Assembly: GCA_964366485.1 (NCBI GenBank)
Contig: CAYITZ010000001.1
Span: forward strand, 1 to 43,501
DNA from: an uncultured Gammaproteobacteria bacterium
Lineage (GTDB): Bacteria > Patescibacteriota > Microgenomatia > UBA1406 > GWC2-37-13
DNA length: 43,501 nt
Reading direction: 5' to 3'
The notes under the pieces were generated by a model, which was given only the letters and a program-made list of their open reading frames with translations, did no database searches and was not told the origin of the DNA. This document shows positions 1 to 8,981 of this stretch, piece after piece (position 1 is the stretch's first letter; each line of letters opens with the position of its first letter). Made by a program: the position numbers and the translations under genes.

Positions 1-434
1 GTAGTTGCGTGAAGAAAACAATGATCATAGTCTAATACTGGATTCCATAAACACAAACAATGTATTTGTCCTTTATGTTCAGCAGAATAAAATATCCCAA
101 CAGCCCCACCAAATGAGGCTCCTAATAATCCAATGCGGGCATATCCTTTCAGCTTTACTTCATTCACTGCCGCAGTAAGATCATCTATCTCTCCCTTAAT
201 AGTCAGACCAACTGATTTTCCACCACTTTCCCCTGACCCGCGAAAATCAAAACGAAGCACCGCAAAACCATTATTTTTTAATAATTCAGCCAATTCAACA
301 AAAACACCACTTTCGTCTTTGTCCGCAGTTATTCCGTGAGCGAGAATAATAGCCTTTTGTGTATTATTTGCAGGGAGGTGCCAAATACCGCATAATAGTG
401 TCCCGTCAAGGCTTGGAAAGGTGATTTTTTTCAT
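1..434 (-). CDS. alpha/beta-fold hydrolase, N-terminal part (gene runs off the left edge)
   Basis: Absent from the ORF track because there is no stop in the window. Reverse-strand translation from ATG 434..432 reads MKKITFPSLDGTLLCGIWHLPANNTQKAIILAHGITADKDE...FDFRGSGESGG...IGLLGASFGGAVG, with a GxSxG nucleophile elbow. Track ORF 133..339(+) is its antisense shadow. Confidence 0.7.
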   Translation of the reverse strand, partial: MKKITFPSLDGTLLCGIWHLPANNTQKAIILAHGITADKDESGVFVELAELLKNNGFAVLRFDFRGSGESGGKSVGLTIKGEIDDLTAAVNEVKLKGYARIGLLGASFGGAVGIFYSAEHKGQIHCLCLWNPVLDYDHCFLHAT

Positions 435-469
435 ATCCCCTATTGTATAATAATGATTACTGAATTTCA

Positions 470-541
470 GGCTGGGTAGCTCAGTGGTAGAGCACTCGTT
501 TCATAAGCGATAGATCGTGGGTCCGAATCCCGCCCCAGCCA
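470..541 (+). tRNA. tRNA with CAT anticodon (elongator tRNA-Met-like; Ile2/lysidine type not excluded)
   Basis: Manual cloverleaf: acceptor GGCTGGG/CCCAGCC; D arm GCTC-AGTGGTA-GAGC; anticodon arm CTCGT-TTCATAA-GCGAT; variable AGATC; T arm GTGGG-TCCGAAT-CCCGC; discriminator A. CCA is not encoded. Confidence 0.9.
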
Positions 542-545
542 CTTC

Positions 546-1442
546 ATGCCAAAACTTGACCTTTCAATTATTATCATATCCTACAACACGAAAGAGACAA
601 CCCTTAGTTGTCTTCGTTCCGTTGTCAAATCACTGAGGAACTCTCCCATAAAGTATGAAATACTTGTGGTTGATAATGCGTCGACTGACGGGTCACTTGA
701 AGAAATTCAAAATTTTAAACTTAAAACTCAAAATAAATTCCAAATTCAAATAATACAAAACATTCAAAATGTCGGTTTTGCAAGGGCAAATAATCAGGCG
801 GTTAAACTCGCAGTAGGAAATCACATTCTTTTATTAAACTCAGACACGGTTGTGATTGATGATGCAATACCATGCATGTATAACTTTTTTGTACAAAACA
901 CTCGCGTTCATTTTCTTGGTCCAAAGCTTTTTAATCAGGATATGACACCACAAGCATCAAGTGCTCCTTTTTACACTTTGCCCATAGTCTTTGCGGCTCT
1001 CTTTCTTAAGGGCGATCATTGGGGTGTAAGCCGTTCATCACCGGATAAGACGATTGAAACTGACTGGGTGTCAGGTGCCTGTATCATGACAAAAAAGGAA
1101 TATTATGACAAAATAAAGGGATTTGATGAGGGCATATTCATGTATATGGATGAAGTTGACCTTCTCTACCGAGCCAAAAAAGCCGGCTTCAACACCTATT
1201 TTTATCCTCAAGCTCACTTTATCCATCTGGGAAGCTCTTCAAGTAAGGGAAAAACATACCCCATCCTCCAAGTATATAAGGGATTTCTCTATTTTTACCG
1301 TAAGCATTATTCGCACTTGAGCCTCATTTTACTCAAAATTATGTTACAATTAAAAGCACTGATCGCGCTCATTATAGGTTATATTATTAAGAACGAATAC
1401 CTCAAAAAAACATATGCGGAAGCTTTTAAACTGGCTCGATAA
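546..1442 (+). CDS. family 2 glycosyltransferase
   Basis: LSIIIISYNTKETTLSCLRSV, VVDNASTDGS, NVGFARANNQA and LLLNSDT (DxD-type) motifs are typical of GT2. The ORF starts 5 nt after the tRNA. Confidence 0.85.
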   Translation: MPKLDLSIIIISYNTKETTLSCLRSVVKSLRNSPIKYEILVVDNASTDGSLEEIQNFKLKTQNKFQIQIIQNIQNVGFARANNQAVKLAVGNHILLLNSDTVVIDDAIPCMYNFFVQNTRVHFLGPKLFNQDMTPQASSAPFYTLPIVFAALFLKGDHWGVSRSSPDKTIETDWVSGACIMTKKEYYDKIKGFDEGIFMYMDEVDLLYRAKKAGFNTYFYPQAHFIHLGSSSSKGKTYPILQVYKGFLYFYRKHYSHLSLILLKIMLQLKALIALIIGYIIKNEYLKKTYAEAFKLAR

Positions 1443-2955
1443 CAACCTCATCAAGCTTCTCTGTATCGGGTATATTTTCGTTATACCCCTTTATCCCAAA
1501 CTTCCCGTAAAAATGATTAATTACACCTATATTGCCGTACGCGTTGAAGATTTTTATGTGGCGGCATTGGCTATCATCTTTTTCATTCAGTTACTCCGCC
1601 ATAAAATTACTTTGCAGAAAAAATTCCTTATTCCTTTTCTCGTCTTTTGGGTGGCGGTGTTTACTTCCTTTGTATGGGGATTTTTTGTTCAAAAAACTAT
1701 TTTATTTAAGCACTTAGGCCTTTTCCATTCACTCCGGAGGGTTGAATACATGAGTATGTTTTTTATATTTGCCTCATCCATCAGATCAAAAAAAGATTTT
1801 CTCTTTTATCTCCGCGTGGTCATCTTTGCGCTTTTTACCGTAGGTATTTATGGTATCGGCCAGAAGTTTTTGGGCTGGCCAGCAGTGCAAACCATGAACC
1901 CTGAATATGCGAAAGGATATATTTTGATTCTTGATGCAAATGCTCGTATATCTTCGACTTTTGGGGGGCACTATGATCTGGCCGCTTATCTGGTGTTTGT
2001 GCTTCCATTAGTTCTTTCGTGTTTTTTCTACTTTAAGGCAAAATGGTGGTATTTTCTTGTGTTTCTCATATCCCTTTTTGCTTTGCTTCTCACCGCATCT
2101 CGAGTATCTTTCGGAGCATACGTGATTTCAACGTTCCTCTTTTTACTCTTCATGCGCAAATTTAAAATGTTTTTTATCGTTGTCCTGATCACCGCGGCAC
2201 TTACTTTTACTCAAGGAACTCTTACCAGCCGTCTTACCCGCACCTTCCAACAAAAACAAATCTATATTGACAAAACAACGGGACAAACAACCGTCCCCCG
2301 CAGACTTAAACCTGATGAGTTACCCGTCGGGGATTATGTCATGAATAAACAAAATACAGCAGATAGCGCAGTCGATGTATCCTCAGGTGTAGCCCTTAAC
2401 TCAAAGGATCTGAAAGACATTATGGAAAATCTTCGCGACCAAGTGCGTGAAGAGGCCCGCCAGCAGGGGAGAACTCTCACTCAAGCTGAAGAGGACGCCT
2501 TGGTTGAGAAGACATTCCGCAATCTTAAGGTGGTTACCACCCTGCTTCCTGATATTTCTTTCGCAACCCGCCTGCAAGTGGAGTGGCCAAGAGCAATCAG
2601 TGCCTTTTTGAAAAATCCGTTGCTGGGTAAGGGACCCTCGTCCATCACTGAGGCGACTGACAATGGTTTTTTAAGAAGTCTGGGAGAGTTCGGTTTGTTT
2701 GGTACCTTAAGTTTTTTTGTCATTCTTTTCCTCGTCTCACAAAAGGTGTGGGTAAAAGCACGGGAAAAGAATAATGAAGAAAGTATTATACTGTATGCCC
2801 TTCTTTTTTCCCTCTTTGGACTTCTTATCAACGCCACATACATCGATGTATTTGAGGCTTCAAAGGTTGCGTACAATTTCTGGATGATATTTGGATTGTT
2901 TGGAGGATATGTGTTGCTTGACTCAAAAAAATCTCTGAAAAAGAAAAGGACATGA
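1414..2955 (+). CDS. O-antigen ligase/polymerase-like (Wzy_C family) polytopic membrane protein
   Basis: About 10 hydrophobic segments. LLTASRVSFGAYVIS and the C-terminal RLQVEWPRAISAFLKNPLLGKGPSS...NGFLRSLGEFGLFG match the O-antigen ligase family pattern. Overlaps the GT2 gene by 29 nt. Confidence 0.7.
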   Translation: MRKLLNWLDNNLIKLLCIGYIFVIPLYPKLPVKMINYTYIAVRVEDFYVAALAIIFFIQLLRHKITLQKKFLIPFLVFWVAVFTSFVWGFFVQKTILFKHLGLFHSLRRVEYMSMFFIFASSIRSKKDFLFYLRVVIFALFTVGIYGIGQKFLGWPAVQTMNPEYAKGYILILDANARISSTFGGHYDLAAYLVFVLPLVLSCFFYFKAKWWYFLVFLISLFALLLTASRVSFGAYVISTFLFLLFMRKFKMFFIVVLITAALTFTQGTLTSRLTRTFQQKQIYIDKTTGQTTVPRRLKPDELPVGDYVMNKQNTADSAVDVSSGVALNSKDLKDIMENLRDQVREEARQQGRTLTQAEEDALVEKTFRNLKVVTTLLPDISFATRLQVEWPRAISAFLKNPLLGKGPSSITEATDNGFLRSLGEFGLFGTLSFFVILFLVSQKVWVKAREKNNEESIILYALLFSLFGLLINATYIDVFEASKVAYNFWMIFGLFGGYVLLDSKKSLKKKRT

Positions 2956-2956
2956 T

Positions 2957-4417
2957 ATGGAAAAAAACCGTTTTAGAAAAATTGATGTTGTTATATTGGG
3001 ATGCATCCTCGCGGTTGCTTTGATTTTCAGACTATATAAAATTACCGCACCCCTTTCCGATTCCTACTCATGGAGACAGGCCGATACTGCGGCTGTTGCT
3101 CGCAATTTTGTAAGAAACGGTTTTACCCTTTTTGAACCGCATTACGATGATCTTTCCAGCATCCAATCGGGTGCCGAAAACCCAACCGGCCTCCGCTTTG
3201 TTGAATTCCCTTTATACAACGCCATGTTTGCCGGATTATATTCTCTTCTTCCCCTAGTATCCATCGAAGTATATGGAAGACTCGTAACGATATTTTTCTC
3301 CCTTCTCATCATTGCAATTATTTACTATTTACTTTTGAAAGAGCATTCTCGCCTGAGTGCTTGTATGGGTGCAATGATATATAGCATCTTCCCCGCTTTT
3401 GTCTTTTTTTCCCGGGTAGTATTGCCGGAGACAACTGCGGTGGCTTTTTCCTTTTTAGCAATGTTGTTTCTTTATTGGTGGCAGAATCAAAAAAAAGGAC
3501 ATAAAGCACTTATTCTATTTATCTTGTCCTTGGTATGTTATGCGGTAAGCATCCTGATTAAACCAACCGCCGTGTTTTATGGAACTGCGCTTCTTTATAT
3601 TTTTATTTCTAAATATAAATTCGGAATTCTTAAAAAATTCGATTTTTATTTATACTTTATACTCGCCGCACTTCCCTTCATCCTATGGAGATTATATATT
3701 GATAAATTTCCCGAAGGAATCCCCTCAAGTGACTGGCTTATAACCAGTGTCAATACGTTTGAGGGACAGAAAGTAATCTTTATGCGACCGGCTTTTTTTC
3801 GATGGATATTTTATGAAAGAATTAATCTTATGATATTCGGTGGCTACATGACTGCTTTTTTTGTAGTAGGTGTTTTTGTCCGATTAAAAAAATATTTTAT
3901 TCATACGCTTCTTCTTGGAGCTTTGGCTTATCTGTTTGTCTTCCAGGGGGGCAACGTCCAGCATGAATATTATCAAACAGTTATTTTTCCACCCTTGGCA
4001 ATGTTTGCGGGTATTGGAATTGCATTATTTTTGAAACATCGTAAGAATTTCCTCCACCCCATCATCGTTTACCCTGCCATTGTTGTGCTTGCCGCCCTAT
4101 CTATCATGTTTTCGTATTATTACAAAGTCAAGGATTTCTACACCTATCCGGAAGACCTGAACCAAATGGCAAAGATACTCGATACATTTACCAGACCCAA
4201 TGACAAAATTATTACTGATCGGCTTGGTGATACAACTCTCCTTTATTTGGCGGACAGACGTGGAGCTCCCATGTTGTATAAAACAATTGAACAGCTGAGA
4301 ACTGATGGCTATACGTATTATATGACTGATAAAAAAGAGATAATAGCTGACTTAAAAACAAAGGAGCAGTATCCTGTTTTATTTGAAAATACTCAGTTTG
4401 TCCTTTTTAGATTATGA
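2957..4417 (+). CDS. GT39/ArnT-like (PMT_2-type) lipid-carrier-dependent membrane glycosyltransferase
   Basis: Polytopic membrane protein. The N-terminal loop SWRQADTAAVARNF...LYNA is typical of ArnT/PMT-like transferases. Starts 2 nt after the previous stop. Confidence 0.6.
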   Translation: MEKNRFRKIDVVILGCILAVALIFRLYKITAPLSDSYSWRQADTAAVARNFVRNGFTLFEPHYDDLSSIQSGAENPTGLRFVEFPLYNAMFAGLYSLLPLVSIEVYGRLVTIFFSLLIIAIIYYLLLKEHSRLSACMGAMIYSIFPAFVFFSRVVLPETTAVAFSFLAMLFLYWWQNQKKGHKALILFILSLVCYAVSILIKPTAVFYGTALLYIFISKYKFGILKKFDFYLYFILAALPFILWRLYIDKFPEGIPSSDWLITSVNTFEGQKVIFMRPAFFRWIFYERINLMIFGGYMTAFFVVGVFVRLKKYFIHTLLLGALAYLFVFQGGNVQHEYYQTVIFPPLAMFAGIGIALFLKHRKNFLHPIIVYPAIVVLAALSIMFSYYYKVKDFYTYPEDLNQMAKILDTFTRPNDKIITDRLGDTTLLYLADRRGAPMLYKTIEQLRTDGYTYYMTDKKEIIADLKTKEQYPVLFENTQFVLFRL

Positions 4418-5613
4418 AGATCCTGATGTTGACTCCTTACCTTCCTTACCCCCCTGCATCAGGCGGCCAAATCAGAACTTTAAACTTACTTAAGTATTTG
4501 CGGGCCAAAAACGAGATAACCCTTATTGCGCTCTATAAAAATGACAGTGAAAAAAAATATCTTCCCTACCTGAAACCCTATTGTAAAGAAGTCTATCTGT
4601 GTAAAAGGCCGGAGAAAGCCTGGCAACCTGAGAATATTTTCAGGTCTATATTTTCAGTCAATCCATTTCTTATTGTGCGGAATTACTCCTCCCAGGCAAC
4701 CTCGACCCTCAAGGAACTTATCACTAAAGAGAAATTTGATGTTATCCACGCTGAGACATTTTATATCATGCCTCATATACTTGAAACTGATACTCCCATT
4801 TTGTTGGTTGAACAAACGATTGAGTTTAAAGTGTATCAACACTATGTGAATTCGCTCCCCTTTTTCATCAGACCGCTTTTCTCTATGGATATTATTAAGC
4901 TGAAATATTGGGAGCGGTATTACTGGCGTAAAGCTTTTTTGGTGGGGGCAGTCTCCGAGTCCGACCGGATGACTATAACCGGTCTTGAGCCTTCTATCAA
5001 GCCGGTGATTATCCCCAACGGCGCAGGGGAGGAGATGATTGTAGATAAACTTGAAGCAAAAAAACTAAATTATCCCGTTCTTCTTTTTGTGGGGAATTTT
5101 TTCTGGTTACAAAATACCGAGGCCGCAAGATATCTCATTGACAAGATTTATCCATTACTCGCTAAGGCAATACCCTCTATTCAACTTGTCATTGCTGGGC
5201 AAAATGCTCGAGATAAGTTAAAAATATCTGACCGTGATCATATTAAGATTCTTGATATTGACCCAAACAACTCTGAGTTAGTAAAGAAGGTATATGCAGA
5301 ATCAACCCTCTTTGTAGCCCCTATCTTTGGACCAGGTGGTACGAGATTAAAAATATTGGCGGCAATGTCAAGCGGATTACCTATCGTCACAACGCAAACA
5401 GGAATTGAAGGCTTAGATATAAGCAACAACAAGCATGTCCTTATTGCAAATACTCCTCAAGAATTTGTTACGCAGATAAAAAAAATATTAAGTAACAAAG
5501 AAACCTATGAAAAAATACGAAAAAACGCATTCGAGCTGGTAAAAGAAAAATATAATTGGAAGAAAATTGCGGCTGAGTTAGAAATAGCATACCAGCGCAT
5601 AAAAAAAGCCTAA
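4414..5613 (+). CDS. GT4 (family 1) glycosyltransferase
   Basis: N-terminus LTPYLPYPPASGGQIRTLNLLKYL and C-terminal GGTRLKILAAMSSGLPIVTT (GT-B fold GT4 pattern). ATGA overlap with the upstream gene. Confidence 0.85.
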   Translation: MKILMLTPYLPYPPASGGQIRTLNLLKYLRAKNEITLIALYKNDSEKKYLPYLKPYCKEVYLCKRPEKAWQPENIFRSIFSVNPFLIVRNYSSQATSTLKELITKEKFDVIHAETFYIMPHILETDTPILLVEQTIEFKVYQHYVNSLPFFIRPLFSMDIIKLKYWERYYWRKAFLVGAVSESDRMTITGLEPSIKPVIIPNGAGEEMIVDKLEAKKLNYPVLLFVGNFFWLQNTEAARYLIDKIYPLLAKAIPSIQLVIAGQNARDKLKISDRDHIKILDIDPNNSELVKKVYAESTLFVAPIFGPGGTRLKILAAMSSGLPIVTTQTGIEGLDISNNKHVLIANTPQEFVTQIKKILSNKETYEKIRKNAFELVKEKYNWKKIAAELEIAYQRIKKA

Positions 5614-5615
5614 TT

Positions 5616-6716
5616 ATGAAAATCGGCATAGATATCTCACAAATTGTATATGAGGGCACCGGCGTCGGCAGATTTGTGAATGGATTGACCGATTCGATAC
5701 TTCAATTTGATAAGACAAATCAATGGACTTTCTTTTTTTCCTCTCTCCGTCAAAATCTGAATCCTCAAATTAAAAAATCTATCAAAAAAAACGGACATCG
5801 TTTATCAGAGTACAAATTGCCACCCTCAGCCCTGTCTTTTTTATGGAACACAATGCACCGGATGAAGGTAGAAAAATTAGTGGGAAATCTGGATTGGTTC
5901 ATAACCTCAGACTGGACTGAGCCACCTTCACACATGAAAAAAGCAACCATAATCCATGACCTTGCATACTTAAAGTATCCCGAAACTATCCACGAAACGA
6001 TACTTCAAACTCAAAAACAAAGAATGAACTGGGTAAAAAAAGGGTCAAAAATTATTTTTGCTGACTCTGAAACAACCAAACATGATGCAATTCAACTCTG
6101 TGGACTTGAAGAAAAAAAGATATTCGTCAATTACCCGGGTGTGCAGTTTCCCAAATCTAATATATCTGAAATGAAGAATGCCCTCTCTTTGTTTGAACTT
6201 AAAAAACCATTTATATTGACGGTGGGAAAAATTGAACCAAGAAAAAATTTAAAAAGATTAATCGATGCTTTCGCTCACATAAATAATAAGACAGTTGACC
6301 TTGTTGTTGTGGGCCATCAAGGATGGGATACTGAAATTTCAAAGGGACAATCTGAATCAGCGAATATAAAGTTCTTAAACTTTATAACTGACACGGAATT
6401 GTCCGCGCTCTATTCCTCTTGTCTTTTTTTTATCTATCCTTCACTCTATGAGGGTTTTGGATATCCTGTAGTTGAAGCCATGAAATCTGGCGCGGCTGTG
6501 GCAACATCAAACAACTCTTCTTTGAGGGAAATTGGCTTGACCTCAGCGCTTCTATTTGATCCTCAAAGTACTGAGAGTATAGAGGAAGTTATATTGAGAC
6601 TTATAAGTGATTTTGACCTAAGAAATAAATTAAAAAAACAGGGTATAATGAGGAGTCGTGATTTTGAGTGGAAAAGTTATTATGATAAGATGATGGACGT
6701 CTTGATGAAACATTAG
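5616..6716 (+). CDS. GT4 glycosyltransferase
   Basis: GKIEPRKNL...PSLYEGFGYPVVEAMKSGAAVATS (E-x7-E region). Confidence 0.85.
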   Translation: MKIGIDISQIVYEGTGVGRFVNGLTDSILQFDKTNQWTFFFSSLRQNLNPQIKKSIKKNGHRLSEYKLPPSALSFLWNTMHRMKVEKLVGNLDWFITSDWTEPPSHMKKATIIHDLAYLKYPETIHETILQTQKQRMNWVKKGSKIIFADSETTKHDAIQLCGLEEKKIFVNYPGVQFPKSNISEMKNALSLFELKKPFILTVGKIEPRKNLKRLIDAFAHINNKTVDLVVVGHQGWDTEISKGQSESANIKFLNFITDTELSALYSSCLFFIYPSLYEGFGYPVVEAMKSGAAVATSNNSSLREIGLTSALLFDPQSTESIEEVILRLISDFDLRNKLKKQGIMRSRDFEWKSYYDKMMDVLMKH

Positions 6717-6730
6717 TTACCTTTATAACT

Positions 6731-7849
6731 ATGATAATTGGAGTAGACGGCAACGAAGCCAATGTAAGAGAGAAGGTGGGAGTATCGGTCTACACGTTGA
6801 AACATCTTTTTTATTTTCAACAGCGCGCTTCTTCAAATTTAAAGTTTATTGTCTATTTAAAAAAGCTCCCTATTAATGACCTACCTGACGAGACACCTTA
6901 TTTTAAATACAAAGTAGTAAATGGTTCCTTTCTCTGGTCCCAAATATTTTTACCTTTTGAATTGTTTAAGAATTATTTTTCTCGGGAACGCATTAAGGTG
7001 TTTTTCTCACCCGCCCATTACGCTCCTCGGTTTTGTTTTTGTCCGTCCGTGGTAACCATACATGATGTGGCATATCTCCATTATCCAGACGAGTTCTTGA
7101 AAAAAGATTTGTACCAATTGAAGAACTGGACGAATTATTCTCTACACAATGCGACAAAAATTATAACCGTCTCAAAAACTACGAAAAAAGACGTGATGCG
7201 TTTTTATCACACCTCTGAAAATAAAATTGAAGTTATATTTAACGGGTTTGAAAAAGAAATTGACGACCAATCAATCGTCGGTTCAAGCGGCGAAATGACA
7301 CCCCCTATTACTTCTCCCTACGTGCTTTATGTTGGCACTATTCAACCCAGAAAAAATATAATTGCGCTCATCCGCGCTATGACTGTACTCAATAAAACTC
7401 ATCCTGAGTTTAAATTGGTGATAACAGGGAAAAAAGGTTGGCTTTTCGATCAGATTTTTAAGGAAGCAAGGAATTTATATCTTGAGAATAAAATAATTTT
7501 TACCGGCTATGTTACTGATGAAGAATTAGTAACTCTTTACCAAAAAGCTTTTTGTTTTGTGCTCCCCTCTTTTTATGAGGGCTTTGGTATCCCGGTACTT
7601 GAGGCCATGAGTTTTGGATGTCCGGTTATTTCCTCATTCTCCTCAAGTCTCCCTGAAGTAGGAGGCGAAGCCATGCTCTATTTTGATCCGGAAAATTACT
7701 CCGAACTTTCAGATAAGATCGTTCTCCTTTCGACAGATAAAAAACTCCGAAGTGAACTGATAAAGAAGGGTCGTCAACGGATTAAGCTATTTTCATGGAA
7801 TAAATGTGCAAGGGAAACATTAAAAATCCTCACATCACTGCATGGATGA
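6731..7849 (+). CDS. GT4 glycosyltransferase
   Basis: GTIQPRKNI...PSFYEGFGIPVLEAMSFGCPVISS. Paralogous in pattern to the 5616..6716 gene. Confidence 0.85.
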   Translation: MIIGVDGNEANVREKVGVSVYTLKHLFYFQQRASSNLKFIVYLKKLPINDLPDETPYFKYKVVNGSFLWSQIFLPFELFKNYFSRERIKVFFSPAHYAPRFCFCPSVVTIHDVAYLHYPDEFLKKDLYQLKNWTNYSLHNATKIITVSKTTKKDVMRFYHTSENKIEVIFNGFEKEIDDQSIVGSSGEMTPPITSPYVLYVGTIQPRKNIIALIRAMTVLNKTHPEFKLVITGKKGWLFDQIFKEARNLYLENKIIFTGYVTDEELVTLYQKAFCFVLPSFYEGFGIPVLEAMSFGCPVISSFSSSLPEVGGEAMLYFDPENYSELSDKIVLLSTDKKLRSELIKKGRQRIKLFSWNKCARETLKILTSLHG

Positions 7850-8981
7850 AAATAAAAAACTGCGTATTGCCATGTTTTTTTCCTCCAACCCTACCTCAGC
7901 CGGCGGAGTGCAGGAGCATGTTCGTTATTTGTCAGTAGAGTTGAGGAAAAGAGGGCATGAAGTGACTCTTTTTGGACCTGAGGGAAACGCAAAACAGTAT
8001 AAGAATTATCACCCCATCGGTTATACCATTCAGGTCCCCCTCCCGAACGGTAACTGGACAAGTATCCAGATGCTCAAACCTTTTTCTGATATAAATAAAA
8101 TTTTTTCAAAAAATAAATTTGATATCCTGCATATTCAGGAACCCTATATCCCCATCCTTGGGTGGCAGTTGGTTGACGCAACCAGTATCCCAAAAGTCAG
8201 TACTTTTCACTCCGCATGGGATGATACTTCTATTATCAATGCACTCAATGGTATTGTGCCTCTGTTTAAAGATAAATTTTCCGAGAAAATGGGTGCCGCA
8301 ATCTTTGTCTCCCGCATCACTCAAAAGAGATGGGAAGGTCTTTGTACAAAAAAAGTCTCTCAACATATTGTTTACAACGCAGTAGACAGGGAGTCGTTTT
8401 ACCCCATCCCCCAGAAGAAGTCAAAAAAAATAAAGCTTCTTTTTTTGGGGCGTATGGTGCAAAGAAAGGGGGTAATCTATTTATTGGAAGCTTTTCGCAT
8501 GATTGCCCACAAGTTTCCTCAGGCAGAGTTGGAGTTCGTTGGCGGGGGGCCAGAGGTGCAAACAACCTTGTCATTTATTAAAAATAACCACCTCGAAAAG
8601 CAGATAAAATATGGGGGGGAAGTCTTTGGAAATAAGAGAATTCATTTTTTTCAGGAAGCTCAAATATTCTGCGCTCCCTATTTTGATGAGGCATCTCCCC
8701 TCACCATACTTGAGGCAATGAGTTGCGGATGCACGATTGTAGGATTTCAAAATGAGGCGGTTAAAGAATCTCTCCGTGAGTATCCAAACTTTGAACTTCT
8801 GGTTGAGCAGAAAAATACAAAGGCACTTGCTCAGGCATTAACAAAAGTACTAACCGATTCTCAACTTCGGCAGGATGTAAGAGCTTGGTGTATCGGGGAA
8901 AGTCAAAAATATGCTTGGAGTATTGTGGCGGAGCAAACTGAGAAAATTTATTTGAGTATTTTAAAACAGAACCATGCGTAA
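7842..8981 (+). CDS. GT4 glycosyltransferase
   Basis: SSNPTSAGGVQEHVRYLSVELRKRGHEV at the N-terminus; FLGRMVQRKG...ASPLTILEAMSCGCTIVG at the C-terminus. 8-nt overlap with the upstream gene. Confidence 0.85.
   Translation: MDENKKLRIAMFFSSNPTSAGGVQEHVRYLSVELRKRGHEVTLFGPEGNAKQYKNYHPIGYTIQVPLPNGNWTSIQMLKPFSDINKIFSKNKFDILHIQEPYIPILGWQLVDATSIPKVSTFHSAWDDTSIINALNGIVPLFKDKFSEKMGAAIFVSRITQKRWEGLCTKKVSQHIVYNAVDRESFYPIPQKKSKKIKLLFLGRMVQRKGVIYLLEAFRMIAHKFPQAELEFVGGGPEVQTTLSFIKNNHLEKQIKYGGEVFGNKRIHFFQEAQIFCAPYFDEASPLTILEAMSCGCTIVGFQNEAVKESLREYPNFELLVEQKNTKALAQALTKVLTDSQLRQDVRAWCIGESQKYAWSIVAEQTEKIYLSILKQNHA

Noticed and set aside
133-339. Track ORF (+, 68 aa)
   Set aside because: It is low-complexity and has no motifs. 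It lies antisense to a much better reverse-strand alpha/beta hydrolase frame that is open from 434 to the window edge.
704-770. Low-complexity CAAA/AATT-rich stretch (…FKLKTQNKFQIQIIQNIQN…) as a possible repeat element
   Set aside because: It stays in frame within the GT2 gene, between conserved motifs. It is most simply a variable linker in AT-rich coding DNA.
8106-8581. Four overlapping 83-88-aa ORFs on both strands
   Set aside because: All lie within the well-supported GT4 gene 7842-8981 and have no motifs of their own.
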